Positions 1 to 13,088 of a DNA stretch of 64,000 nt are shown in pieces. Each line of letters begins with the position of its first letter. Position 1 is the stretch's first letter. This DNA is from Octopus vulgaris (Eukaryota), in the NCBI GenBank assembly GCA_951406725.2, contig OX597822.1, positions 17,546,001 through 17,610,000 of the forward strand, given 5' to 3'. Below the pieces are notes generated by a model. The model saw only the letters and a program-made list of their open reading frames with translations, was not told where the DNA came from and did no database searches. The position numbers and the translations under genes are program-made.

Positions 1-19
1 TAAATTAATTAAAAACATA

Positions 20-410
20 ACAGGAGTGGCTGTGTGGTAAGTAGCTTGTTTACCAACCACATGGTTCCGGGTTCAGTCCCACTGCGTGGCACCTTGGGCA
101 AGTGTCTTCTACTATAGCCTCGGGCTGACCAAAACCTTGTGAGTGGATTTGGTAGACGGAAACTGAAAGAAGCCTGTCGTATATATGTATATATATATGC
201 GTGTGTGTGTTTGTCCCCCTAGCATTGCTTGACAACCAATGCTGGTGTGTTCATGTCCCCGTTACTTAGCAGTTCGGCAAAAGAGACCGATAGAATAAGT
301 ACTGGGCTTACAAAAGAATAAGTCCCGGGGTCGAGTTGCTCGATTAAAGGTGGTGCTCCAGCATGGCCGCAGTCAAATGACTGAAACAAGTAAAAGAGAA
401 AAGAGAGAGT
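20..410 (+). mobile_element. tRNA-derived SINE, family A (near full length)
   Basis: Pol III A-box-like TGGCTGTGTGG and B-box-like GGTTCAGTCC, internal (TA/TG)n, 3' end GGTGGTGCTCCAGCATGGCCGCAGTCAAATGACTGAAAC plus A-rich tail. Near-identical copies at 7110, 17326 and 45787. Confidence 0.9.
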
Positions 411-1199
411 AAAATAACAAAGGGCTAAAAATATGGTAACTATGTCATTTTTTAGAATATCATTTATTTGAGTTCTTAAATCTTCAAAAGTTACTAAATT
501 TCAGTGGTAGATTAAATGCAACTTACTGTCTGTATACATGAAAGCAACCCTAATAATGATTAAATATTTATTACTGAAATCAAAGAAAGATAAGATGATG
601 GCTATGATGCAGAATCTTTTCAGTATCTTTCTAGCAAAAAGTTATTCCAACATGAAATATATTTAGAAATAGCATGAACAAAATTATGGATTTTGAAAGA
701 AATTTCCATTTCTACAATATTGTAAATTTCACTTCAAACTGCTATATACAGTTAGCTTTAATCTAAGAATTAGCCTAACAGTTTAGCTAAAGAAAAATCA
801 AAAGATAACCATACAATATAGAAATAATAAACAATCCATGGAAGACTCGTATTTGAATATTACTGTGTAAATGTATTTCATAATAAAAGGCAAAATTAGA
901 ACAAAAATGAATTATGAATCAGTAACAGGGAGTTTTATATGGGGAAAAGATTGTGATTATAAGTTTCTTTATAGTGACCCCACCACCTGACCCCACCCAC
1001 ACACACACTGTTAAAAGCATTCAAGACCAGTCTTCAGTGGGAAGGTGACCCATGAGTTGTGGTTTATTCTTTTCTTTTCCCCTTACCAGCCTTGAAAGCT
1101 CTGCAATAAAGTCAAGGTGCTGGCTTCCCTTTTTTAAAAAGCCATTAAAACATATACACACACAGACATCAATGGGAGAAACATTTTACACATCTTTTA

Positions 1200-1375
1200 T
1201 CTTTAACTCATTTCAATCACTTCTTACAACAATCATTCTGGGGCACTGCCTCGAAGAGTTTTAGTTGAATAAATCAACTCCAGGATTTATTTCTTAAAGC
1301 TTAGAACTTATTTTATCAGTCTCTTTTGCTGAACCTCGAAATTATGGGGACATAATCACACACACACATACATAC
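1200..1375 (-). mobile_element. SINE family A, degenerate 3' fragment
   Basis: Reverse-complement similarity to the family A 3' half (e.g. cttattttatcagtctcttttgctgaacc). Confidence 0.6.
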
Positions 1376-1557
1376 ATAATATAAGTTAAAATTAAAATTT
1401 GAAATTTGTGTTGGGTATGTCCCTAGTAGTATACTGATAAAGTGCATTCACTGCCTATGGCTACCTGGTGTCATCCATGGTAACCGCACAATCATCACTG
1501 GATCTACATTAGGAATTGAGTATAACAGAAACAATAGAGACAGAAGATGGAATATAC

Positions 1558-2065
1558 TATCTATCTATCTATCTATCCACTCAGTCGAAGTCGACTCACG
1601 GTTACTTGTTGGAACAGTGTCCTCCAGTCAATTCTATCCTGGGCCGCTTCTTTCAGATTGGCTATGTCCATTCCGGTATCCCTCTTGATGGTGTCAAGTC
1701 AGCGGATTCTTGGTCGGCCTCTTCTTCTCTTGCCACTTACCATTCTGAGCATGATGTCCTTCCCCAGGGATTTTCTCTGCATAATATGACCAAAATATGC
1801 CAATCCATGCTTGGTGATCCTAGCTTCTAGCGACATTTTCGGCCTGATCTGCTTAAGAACTTCTCCATTGGTGAGCCTCGCTGTTCATGGAATCCGTAAA
1901 AGTCTTCTCCAACACCAAAGCTCGAATGCATTAATTCTCTTCTGGTAAGCTTTCTTTAGTGTCCAGGTCTCGCATCCATATGTTGCAATTGAGAAGACAA
2001 TTGCATTCACCAATCTGCATTTGGTAGCGAGTCTGATGTCTCTACTCTTCCAAACCCAGAATATA
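1558..2065 (-). mobile_element. RTE-clade LINE, 5'-truncated 3' end
   Basis: Minus-strand translation RLVNAIVFSIATYGCETWTLKKAYQKRINAFELWCWRRLLRIP...YFGHIMQR...GKRRRGRPR is the typical RTE/BovB C-terminus. Ends in an (ATAG)n tail at about 1558-1577. Confidence 0.9.
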
Positions 2066-2480
2066 CATGAAACTTTATTTATCACAACGATTGTTTTGAC
2101 ACATTGTATTTAAGCTATGACTGCTCCAATCCCAACATTTGGCATAAAGCCATCTCCTTCAAAACCACATCTCCCCACTCGGTTGAGGGGTCTTGTCTTG
2201 TGAGTTGCCTGGTGATCTTACTTGTGGTAGTGCCACGAAAAAAAAAAAGGCACTCAGTACTCTCTGTAAAGTGGTTAGCATTAGAAAGGACCCCTAGTTA
2301 TAGAAGACCTGCCAAAGTTAATATTGGAGCTCAATGCAGTTTTTCTAGTTTGTCAAATCCTATCAAACCACTCATGTTGATGCTGTGCTTAAAATAAGGA
2401 TAATTTGTCAACATATCCTTTAAAAAATCCATAAATAGTGAATGGGTAGAGAATTTACAATTGGAAAAACAATATAAAAC

Positions 2481-2531
2481 ATAAGGTTTGCTCTGTTTTT
2501 ATACATTATGTAAAAACAGAGCAAACCTTAT
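2481..2531. repeat. Perfect 21-bp inverted repeat with 9-nt spacer
   Basis: ataaggtttgctctgttttta (2481-2501) and taaaaacagagcaaaccttat (2511-2531). Confidence 0.9.
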
Positions 2532-2933
2532 ATTTTTAAATATTTCTTTTATAATTTACATAATCTGAAAAATATCATTAGTTAAATTATACAACAAACA
2601 TATTGTACTTAATGTATACACTCTCCTTAATGTTTTTTTTACCATCAGACATTTCAGGATTGGTAAATATACAACTGCTGAAAACAGCAGCTAAAACTTT
2701 GCTAAATCACGTTCTTAAGTAAAGGTTATATTTAAGAAAATAGTTTCTGATATACAAACATGGTTGTCGTAGTTTTTTCAACTATGTTTTCAACTACAAT
2801 TAATCTGGAAGTACACTATAGCATCTAAGTTTACTTCTTACTAATGGCAGAGAGCAGCCAAATTTTTCTCAAATCACACCATACCTTCTTGTTCTTACAC
2901 CTGTCTTCATCTTTGTTTTCCATAAATGTGAAT

Positions 2934-2965
<32 letters not shown>

Positions 2966-3044
2966 TTTAAGAAGGTGAATGAATTATCCTAGTATGGATA
3001 ATTCGGTTAATTGATACCTGGGTAGCAAATTCACGTCAGAAAAC

Positions 3045-3077
<33 letters not shown>

Positions 3078-4453
3078 TATATACATTTTCATAGACACGG
3101 AGACATGTACACATATACGAAATGTATATTCTTATTGAAATAGTACAGAAAACTGTTTGTTAGGTTTTTTTGTCTTTTAACTAATAACTTCTGTGCAGCA
3201 AAGTTTTAAAACACTACCAATTTAGCATTTACCATTATGAATTCTATGATAGAGTTGTATCCTTTCAAATAAGTTTGTAGGGCGTGTTTCTTTTAACTTA
3301 CCCAAAGAAGAGTGTTTTTAGTATAAATTTTAATAAATTTCAGAAAATTAATTTATTGTAAACAAAATTTGGTAGATTTAGGGGGAAACAGGAGAAAAAA
3401 ATCAACTGCTTCATAAATGATACTATCTCAAGTTTATTAATCTTCCTAAATCTTGAAGAATTTAACTCAAGTTTAAAAATTAGAATGCAATATACATTAA
3501 ACAAATTCATGTATTAAAATAGCTAGACAAAAATTGATTACTTTTTAGTTTTATACTTTAGACAAAACACATTTAAAATTAATGAATTATTCATTACAAA
3601 AATCTTAATATGTATTTTTAGTGCTTTCAATTAAACCTATTCAAAAATATTAGAAAAACAACAATATGTTGAATTTTAGATTTTAACTGAATAAATAAAT
3701 AAAATTTCATTTATATTATAAATGCTGCAAATGTTTCTTTGTTTGCCCAATAAATATTGAAAATCGTTTTCTAATAATAATCAAGCAAACATAAATAAAG
3801 TAAATTCACTTTTAAGATATTTCAGAATTCATCGCTATTGCACTGTTGCCACGAAAGATGTTTTGTTAACTACAAAAGATTGCAAAGGACATGACTTTAA
3901 ACTATTAAGAGGATTAGAAATGATGAAGTATATATTTTAAGACATTACACACACACGCACACATGCATGCAGACACACACACTGCGGTTTTTCATATTTC
4001 TGCTTATGAAAAATGCAACAATTTGAACTGAAATTTTAAATTTCTTAGAGGCGGAAGTGCAGTAACCTTGATCCTTTACAAGACCTGTGAGACAGGTGAG
4101 AAGCTATCTTGGTTTCAATGCGTGCAACAAAAACACTAAAAGATGAGATGAACGGTGGTGTTCAACAAGGAAATGTAATGAAAAGCATCTTGCTTCAGAA
4201 ATTTCCATCATGATACACTTATAAGATAAGTATTGATTTTGTGTGTGAGTGCATGAGAGAAATGTAATGACTTGAAATAACTATGAAATGGTAGGCAATA
4301 AGCAGAGTTTAAAACTCTAGTTTAGGCTAGAGCAATACCTGCAGTTGATTATAAATTAATGATCAAGGAGCCTAGTGGATAAGAACTACATCTAGACAAG
4401 CATTGCACCTTTCATTACAAATATATGTACATGCACATGTGTGTGCATGCTTG

Positions 4454-4517
<64 letters not shown>

Positions 4518-5322
4518 GCATTTAAATGTATGAAACATATCATGTTTATTTTTATTGTATATTTCTAACTTTAGCTTCATACCAAAATTAGAAAATTAAT
4601 AAGCCCCAGTACTTGACTTGTAGTATCTGTCAAACCTAAAAAAGCAAGATGAGCAATGAACACTAACAAATCAACAGTGGTAGGATTTGAACTAAGGATG
4701 TAATTACAACCATTTCTGCCATTCCACCATTCTACTAGTTTTAATATTCATAGCAGAGAAGTTGAAGACAGCAGAGACTAGATCGAATTTAAATGCAGGA
4801 TGTTATTTAGCTTTATATCTCAGGAATGAGTACAAATCATGAAATGAAAGACTTGGTTAATAATTCCTGTGAGTGTTCATAGTAGTGTCTTTTTTATAGT
4901 GGATGTAGTAGTGGATGTAAATGTACCAGCTCATGTGAAAATACTTATGCATGCAAACTTTCTTTTACTAAGAAGAACTACTAGATGGTAAATTAAGCTC
5001 TCAGAAACATTAATCTACAATACATTTTCAAATCAAAGATGCTGACAAAGGAATAACTGCAACAAGTCAGTTTTGTCTTTCTATAGAGATACTTGAGCAA
5101 ATACATGAATACTTCTGATTACAAAAAGTGAAACAATTATATATTATGCACAAATAAGTAACTGCTGATTGATGAATAAAAGAACACTTCCATTTGATAA
5201 TATAAAAATTTTAAATTACACATTTAATAAACAACTATGCAATTAATGAGTTATGGACTGAACTTTGCTGTTCAATCCACAAATATAGGGCTCCAGATAT
5301 ACTACAGTCTATATTTCTATAC

Positions 5323-5429
5323 CTTGTTTAATCTGTTCTAGTAAGAGCCATTGCTGTTGGTGTTCAATTTGAACTTTTGAAAACCAGCTCTGCAAAGAGT
5401 GTTTTGAAGAAAATGCATCATTTGGAGGT
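5323..5429 (-). CDS. Candidate internal coding exon (107 nt) of an unidentified host gene
   Basis: Acceptor ttttatactgtattccag, donor AAG|gtatag. Open frame (R)PPNDAFSSKHSLQSWFSKVQIEHQQQWLLLEQIKQ. Phase 2 start matches the phase 2 end of the 24988 exon. Confidence 0.65.
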
Positions 5430-6614
5430 CTGGAATACAGTATAAAACAAATTGAAGGAAAATCATATGCACTGAGGAAATTTAAAATGGGATAAAGACT
5501 GGAAATTTAGACTAACAGAATGTAATGAGGAAAGAAACATTATATCTTATAAGCTAATGGCTTCAATGCAATGAGTAAAATAAAAGAAAATACAAAACAA
5601 AACTGAATAGCTTGTCTATATGTGTGAATGCATATATCTCTGACAGGTGCATAATTCTATTAGTGTCACTAGTATATCTTAGAGTGAGAGGTATTTTTCC
5701 CTTGTTCATTTGAAACTGTTCATAACTGAAATATTTACCGACCCTTGACATTTTGACTGTGATGCAATGTAATAAATTTATGGCTGCCATGAAAATTCTC
5801 ATTATCAACCTAAAATAAAAGACCAAAAACGATTTTGCATGCAGTATCTGTGCAAGCATGATGATACTACATGACTGTATGTCTGTTTATGCACTTCTCT
5901 TGAACATGCAAAGTCAAACTAGAATCAAACTGAAGGTAATATAGTTGCATTTTCGGCATAACTACAGCTTTCAGGAATTACATCTGAATGCCTTCTAGTT
6001 TGTGATGGCAAGTCATATTTATTTTTTCCATTGCCCTTGGAAATGTATTTGTGAACTACTCGCTTATAAGGTTTGTTTACGCATGGGCTATGCTAGAATA
6101 TAGTGTCATTCTGTTAGCTTTCTTAGAACATCCATAAATGAAGTACATTACCAACTGGTAGAGAGCATTTAGCAACAATTCAAAAAGTCATTTTTCTTCT
6201 GATGAAGCTAAATTACAATTCATCGAAAGAGTTGTAACTTTTGTTTCGGTTTTGTTAAGCATTGTTTATCTCTTCAAAATGAATAGTCTCAGTTAATTAA
6301 AGTTATCACACTCACTACATTAAACAGGATTTGATTTTGAAATTATCATTTTCTTAGTAAGGCAAGGGAATTCTGCTATTACATATTGCCTATAGAAAAA
6401 GCTCAAAGCTCAAACAGTATGATGAACTGGTTAGAATTGACATTTCCTACATAAGAAGTAACTGACTTTGTCTACACCTCTGCAACAAATATTTAGCTTT
6501 TTATCAATGGAAAAACAGAAATCACAATCAACAGTAGTTAAGTTCTAGTTCTGAATCTTATGCTTATTGTTCACCAGAGTTGAGACTGCTTTCTATTTCC
6601 TTTAGAATTATTAA

Positions 6615-6908
6615 AAGCACCATCAGAATGTGGCCGGTGCCAGCGCCGCTTTGACTGGCTTCCATGCCTGTGGCATGTACAAAGCACCAGCCAATCATGG
6701 CCGTTGCCAGCCTCCTCTGGCCCCTTGCCAATGGTACATAAAAAGCACCCACTACACTCACGGAGTGGTTGGCGTTAAGAAGGACATCCAGCTGTAGAAA
6801 CACTGCCAGATCAGACTGGAGCCTGGTGCAGCCTCCTGGCTTCCCAGACCCCAATCAAACCATCCAACCTATACTAGCATGGAAAATGGATGTTAAACAA
6901 TGATGATA
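6615..6908 (+). mobile_element. RTE-type 3'UTR fragment (or RTE-tailed SINE)
   Basis: aaaagcacccactacactc...gagtggttggcgttaagaaggacatccagctgtagaaac...(GAT)n tail. Same sequence at 20970-21143 and 55285-55700. Confidence 0.8.
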
Positions 6909-7109
6909 TTCTAGGTTTGTGTAAGTCTAGTTTACTACAACTCTCAACAAAAAATGTTTTACATCAAGTTAAATAGAAATTGATTTTTTTTTTGTTTTTA
7001 TCATTAAATTAAGAGACTAAAATGACTTGAAATTATGAAATTTTGTTTTTTTAATAAATGAATTTCACTATAAGAATACAGAGCAAATAATTAATATGAA
7101 AAATTAACA

Positions 7110-7517
7110 GGCGCAGGAGTGGCTGTGTGGTAAGTAGCTTGCTAACCAACCACATGGTTCCGGGTTCAGTCCCACTGCGTGGCATCTTGGGCAAATGTCT
7201 TCTACTATAGCCTCGGGCCGACCAAAGCCTTGTGAGTGGATTTGGTAGACGGAAACTGAAAGAAGCCTGTCGTATGTATGTATATATATATATATGTATG
7301 TGTGTGTGTTTGTCCCCCTAGCATTGCTTGACAACCGATGCTGGTGTGTTTACATCCCCGTCACTTAGCGGTTCGGCAAAAAGAGACCGATAGAATAAGT
7401 ACTGGGCTTACAAAGAATAAGTCCCGGGATCGATTTGCTCGACTAAAGGCGGTGCTCCAGCATGGCCGCAGTCAAATGACTGGAACAAGTAAAAGTAAAA
7501 GTAAAAGTAAAGTAAAG
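7110..7517 (+). mobile_element. SINE family A, full length
   Basis: Near-identical to 20-410, with a (GTAAAA)n tail. Confidence 0.92.
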
Positions 7518-8383
7518 TATAGAAAAAAAACCCAAAAACTAACATAAAACTTTCCGGAACAAACCTGTTTTCTTTTAGCCTCAAAATAGATAAATGACGC
7601 TGAAACATAAATATTTTAAAGAGATAGATAGTTATTTCAATGGCTTATATATTTAAAGAGAAGCATTTTTGTATTCTCCAAGACAAGAGTTTCTTTATGA
7701 ATATTCTACATAATGACTATATTCTGAGATTAGATTATTTTCCACTAAATTAGTTAAAATACAAAAACTAAGAAAATAATGGTCAAAATAATTTATAACC
7801 ATAATTTAAAGAAATTGTCATAATTATAAGAAATAAATTTCAATTGGAATTATTTCAAATTCTAATTAAATCTGGAAGTATTAAAGAAAAATAATTGCAA
7901 AGTAAATGCTGATCAAGAAAATAAGTGACTAAGGCAATTTTTACTAAGAGAAAAATGACACCCAGTAAACAAAAAGTATAGAGACAGTATACCAACAAGG
8001 TAATATGAAGGAAAGACAAAAATAAACAAAGAGATTTGCTAAAATGTAAAGGCTGTAATATAAAAATATTGAGTACTAATCACATCATTCCATTAAAATA
8101 AATATCAATATAACTTTCAGTTCTTTTAATTCTTTTTTATTATTATAATATGATTTCTTTGTACACAGTACATGAAGACTAAATTCAAAACATGACAGTT
8201 TTTCATTATCTTTTATCTTTTGGATACAAATATAAGAAAACATAATTGCTAACTACTATTACTGAAAGGGAAAATTAAGTATATTTTAGTCGGTTATTTA
8301 ATTAATGTTTACAACCAAATACAAACATCAGATGTCTTTCTTAAAATCTTAACCTGAAAAAGAACAAGTCTTTCAAGCACAAA

Positions 8384-8419
<36 letters not shown>

Positions 8420-8422
<3 letters not shown>

Positions 8423-8775
8423 TCATAATCATCATCATTTAATGTCCGTTGTCCATGCTGACATGAGTTAGACGATTTGATTGGGGCTGACAAGCTGGAA
8501 GAATTTGGACCAGGAGATCTCCATTTCCAACGACTTCAAGGGCCACCTCCCAGTGGTGTTGGGCGTAAACGAAGAGCCCTCGACTACAACAAGACGACCA
8601 AAGATTTTTTTTTCTAAGGTCTGGGGTCTCCTGCCCCTAAGCCCTAGACCATCACCTAATCACCCTTACCCGTCTTGTTGCTTAACAATAACAACAACAA
8701 CAGCTGGAAGGCTGCACCAGACTTCAATCTGATCTGACATGATTTCTAAGTCTACATGCCCTTCCTAACGCCAAT
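8420..8775 (-). mobile_element. RTE-type 3' fragment interrupted by a second insertion
   Basis: (ATC)n + tttaatgtccgttgtccatgctg at 8420-8501, continuing after 8702 as agctggaaggctgcaccagac...cttcctaacgcca. Confidence 0.7.
8502..8701 (+). mobile_element. 200-bp 5'-truncated retroposon with (ACA)n tail and 9-bp TSD
   Basis: TSD agctggaag at 8493-8501 and 8702-8710. 3' tail acaataacaacaacaac. Confidence 0.75.
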
Positions 8776-8904
8776 GCACATGCACACACACACACACACA
8801 CACACACACAACATGTATATGCACTATCATTTTAATTCTATGCTGATCCATATTAGCTTAAATTTGGTCAATGTAGTCACAAGTTCCTTCAAACATTATC
8901 TTAA

Positions 8905-9145
8905 CCCTTTAGTGTTCAGATTATCCTATCAAACATAATGCTTATTGATTCCCATTGATTTGAATTAATCATGCATTATCTCATATCTTCAAGATCTTGA
9001 TGGTGTAATTACTTAATGTAGAATAACATTGTAGGGTAGATGTGAGAGCCTGGATCTGGTCAGTTTGAACATAAAACAGATTAACTATTTTGGCCAGATA
9101 TGGCCAGATATGGACTTAACCCTTTAGTATTTAAATACTAAAGGG
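8905..9145. mobile_element. piggyBac-like MITE
   Basis: TTAA (8901-8904) CCCTTTAGT ... ACTAAAGGG TTAA (9146-9149): CCC/GGG termini with a TTAA TSD. Confidence 0.7.
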
Positions 9146-10044
9146 TTAAGTTAGATTACAAACATTTTGCTTTTGGTTCTGAGCTGTGTAAAGATTTTTT
9201 TCCCCCATAATGTCTTTGATGTATCAGAATAAGCACCAGTCAAAACCTTTGTTGAAACAATTCAACAGAAAATAAGTACATAAAAATGAAAACCTAAGTT
9301 TCACTGTAATTTCTCTTAAAATGAGTGTAAAGTTATAGTGTCATTAGTACAAACAAAAATCTGTAACAGTTCATAACAATTTTTTTCTTTTTTTTTTGTA
9401 ACATAAATCCATAGTTTCGAAATTTATCAAACAAATACGTATGTATGGAACTCATCTACATGCAAGCTCTATTCATCAGCAACTAATCAGATAGCACAGA
9501 ATTTCTTTGATCAACTACTTTAAATTTGCAATTCATGCATTACATTTGTTTCTGGCTGGACAAATTAACATATTTCATTATGATTTTAGAAAACACATAA
9601 AATTTCCACACAATATACACTTTACAATAAATTCCCTATGAGTACAGGAGAAATAAGATAATCTTGGTTAAGGAATGTAAAAGAGACCGTGAACAAAAGA
9701 CCACTTCTATGAAATACTATTTAGGACAGACATCAGACAGGTTGTAAAGTCCAGAATCCATCCAATTGTGCACATACAAATGTTGTATACCTCAAACACT
9801 GGAAAGGAGAAGAACAGTACATGTTCAGTTTCTTATCTGAAACAAGCTTCCTAAAACTAATTTCTTGCCTAACATGTGAATGTAAAATCAACACTGGCTT
9901 AAATTGAAAGCAAGGATACCAAAACAGTGAATGTTGGACATGTCTTTTAACAAAGATTAATTGCAAAGGGACTATATTATTAATGAAACAATAGAAATTT
10001 CTTGGTCAATGACAGAAGAGTTCTTATGTAAACGTCAGCTGTAT

Positions 10045-10257
10045 TCTTTTCTACAAAGCACAAGGCTTGAAATTTTGGGGGAGGGGGCCAGTCAATTAGA
10101 TTGACCCCAGTACACAACTGGTACTTAACTTATTGACCCCAAAAGGATGAAAGGCAAAGTCAATCTCGGTGGAATTTGAATTCAGAACATAAAGACAGAC
10201 GAAATATCACTAAACATTTTGCCCAGCATGGTAACGTTTCTGCCAGCTTGCTGCCTT
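10045..10257 (-). mobile_element. SINE family C (Meta-domain-like core)
   Basis: Minus strand reads ggcagcaagctggcagaa...gactttgcctttcatccttttggggtcaataagttaagtaccag. Degenerate copies near 40600-40780 and 59800-59910. Confidence 0.7.
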
Positions 10258-10986
10258 AAATAAAAAAAAATGTTGAATGTATGTTTTCTACTGCATTTGG
10301 TAATATCAAAAAATAGCTTACAGGAAGAAGTATAATATATTTTGAGAAGTGAATCCTTAATTATGGTAGCTCTACTTGCATTAAGTGACAATGAAAAGAA
10401 ACTGAAAGGTTTATTATAAGCGTTTCATCAGGTGAAAAACCAGTTTCTTTAGACAATTAAGGAAATGCAGCCACAAAATATCAGTCTCTAAAAGAATTTT
10501 AGAAAGCACTAAAATAGGATGATACAAGCTATGTGCTCAGCAAAGTAGATCAACCTTTAAACCTACTGTTCCTAGATATTTCAGCAAGCAACTCATGCAC
10601 ATTGTAATCTTTATTATTTTCATTACACAATTCAAACTACTTGTCTTTTTACTTGAAATCACAGGTTAAGCAGCAACAATATTTCTCTCCGTAGATGTTG
10701 TCAGTAATAGTTTATATATCCATAACTCCAAAATAATAATTGCCTCCAGCAAAATCACTTGTTCCCTTTATTTATTTACCTTTTCACTTTTCTTCTGAAA
10801 TGGTAAATTTTAATTTTATTTATTTACTTTTTAGAAAACTATTTCAACATGAATGAAATCCTGTTTCTGGAATAATCTAATGTTTTATTCCTATTGGCAA
10901 ATCCATTTTTTGCATCAAAGATTTGCATGTGAATTCAAAAGTTTTTCTAGGCTTCAAATATGTAAGTTTTCTATTATTAAACTTTC

Positions 10987-10989
<3 letters not shown>

Positions 10990-11059
<70 letters not shown>

Positions 11060-11102
11060 GAGGGAGAGAGAGAAAGAGAGAGTGTGCGTGTGTGTGTGTG
11101 TG
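10990..11102. repeat. (GA)n/(GT)n compound microsatellite
   Basis: Directly visible dinucleotide runs. Confidence 0.95.
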
Positions 11103-12874
11103 CAAACGCGATGTTAACTTTTACAGTGCACAAGGTAATCTGAATAATGATTGCATATTTTGAAAAGTTGTAACTACCAGGTTGTCAGATATTGTCAAAC
11201 ATTATTTTTGTAATAATACACACAAGGAACTGAAATTTTTAACATATTATATAAAAATAATGGTTAAGGGCTCAAGGTGAGCTATTTAATTGGCCAGCAA
11301 ATCATTATTATTAATAAAACAAACTACCTATAATGGTACAATGCAATACCTGTGACAATGGATTTATAAGTCAATAATTTTGCATCAACATTTGATACTA
11401 AAATCCAATGGGTTGCACATTTTATCAAACTACCAATGGATTCATGATCTAATCATTGGACAAACTGAAGAAAAAAAAATCAGATATGAATATATAGCAA
11501 ACACCTTTATAAATATAAAATTCATATGAAAAATAGTGTCATGGAAATTATTTTTCTCTTTGAAATGTTCTTTAAACATGACTGAAAGTTAGCTCTTAAA
11601 TGTTTAATTCCTATAACAACAGGTATCTTTTTTATAGCAGATCTATCCTATAATTAATGACAAATGACACAAACTACACAAGCACAATTTTTCAAGAAAT
11701 GTTTTGCAATATACATATTGGCAACAAATTAGAAAAAAAACAAACAAACAAACAAAAACTCAATACCAGCTCATAATAAAATGTTGAGCATTATATTAAT
11801 GGAGCTATATAAAATGCAAGTTTAATCATCCTAATTATTGATTCACAAAATCAATACAGATGCATAAAATTTTAAAATATATTCAAGACTTACGAGATTA
11901 ATTTTAGCAACAAGATCACTAATACTATTAATCAAACAAGATATTAGCATGCCTGTACACAAATTAGGAGATTATTACATGCTTTTCACCCTAGTAAAAT
12001 TAGACAGCTTATTAAATAGTGCAACTCATGAGTCAAGTAAACAATTTTATTTCTAAATACGCAGAACTAAACATAAAGTAAAGTTCATAATGTACCTTTC
12101 TGCAGTGAGCTTCATGTGTTTATAGAGAAAAATATTTATGTAGGCTTGTATGTATTGTTAGGATTACATACATAAAACATATGTATATTGCTGTGTATGA
12201 GTGGTATAAACTAGAATTCATATCATTAAACTCACAATCACTCTCCCAAGAGACAAGTTTATCTGTGTGTATTTTCACATGTAAAAATTCCATGCTACCA
12301 TAGATTGGACAAAGGCTTATCATTGAGGTGTTATATACATCTATATATCCTTCTCAATAACTCTCACCTGTATTTCAAATAAAGGACTTTTAAGCCATTT
12401 GTCCTTGGAATTGTAGATGTTTCAAAATGTCTGCTAATTATAGTGAGGTCAACTTATCATCACTATTTTGCTCAAACAATCTAAGTGAATGGCTACATTC
12501 GCAGATATGCCCAGAAAAACACACACACACATGTATACAAGTAGTTTCCATTCAGTTCACAAAGCACTGATCAACTGAAGACAATAGTAGATGACACATG
12601 CACAAGGAACCATACAATGAGATAAATTCACATGGTGATGAAGCACACTCCATATCCATATAGCTATGACTCAGCCAATAGTATACTCTCAACTGAGATA
12701 CTTTTAGGGAATGACATAATTGAAATATACTATCACCACTGGCTGGTATTATGAATACTCTCTTTGTTTTGTTTTCTACTACAGCTATGAGCCAACCAAA
12801 AATTTGTGAGTGGATTTGGTAGATGCAAACTGTAAAAGAAACATCTCTCTCTATATATATACACACACACACAA

Positions 12875-12961
12875 AATTAAGAGGAATAACCACTGAAGTG
12901 GACACCTGATATGCTAATATAGCATATTAGGTGTCCACTTTAGTGATCATTCCTCTTAATT
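12875..12961. repeat. 87-bp quasi-palindrome (42-bp arms, 4 mismatches, 3-nt loop)
   Basis: aattaagaggaataaccactgaagtggacacctgatatgcta ata tagcatattaggtgtccactttagtgatcattcctcttaatt. Confidence 0.9.
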
Positions 12962-13046
12962 ATGTATGTAATATAAGTTTTAAATCTTCAGATTTTTTAA
13001 ATATGCTAAGCCACTGTTTTAATTGATTAATATCATACCCTTATTA

Positions 13047-13088
<42 letters not shown>

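Noticed and set aside
50-235. Recurrent small ORF MSSNARGTNTH... (also 7104, 17472, 45662)
   Set aside because: It is the antisense reading of SINE family A.
4049-4096. Possible short plus-strand exon (ttcttag|...ACAG|gtgaga)
   Set aside because: There are no compatible partner exons on +, and it is opposite to the inferred gene.
10780-10794. Possible 15-nt frame-preserving microexon on the minus strand (atttcag|AAGAAAAGTGAAAAG|gtaaat)
   Set aside because: There is no real polypyrimidine tract, and such matches arise by chance in a 19-kb intron. It needs RNA-seq support.
12368-12430. Possible 63-nt minus-strand exon ending CAG|gtgaga
   Set aside because: The acceptor is weak and the peptide is unrecognisable.
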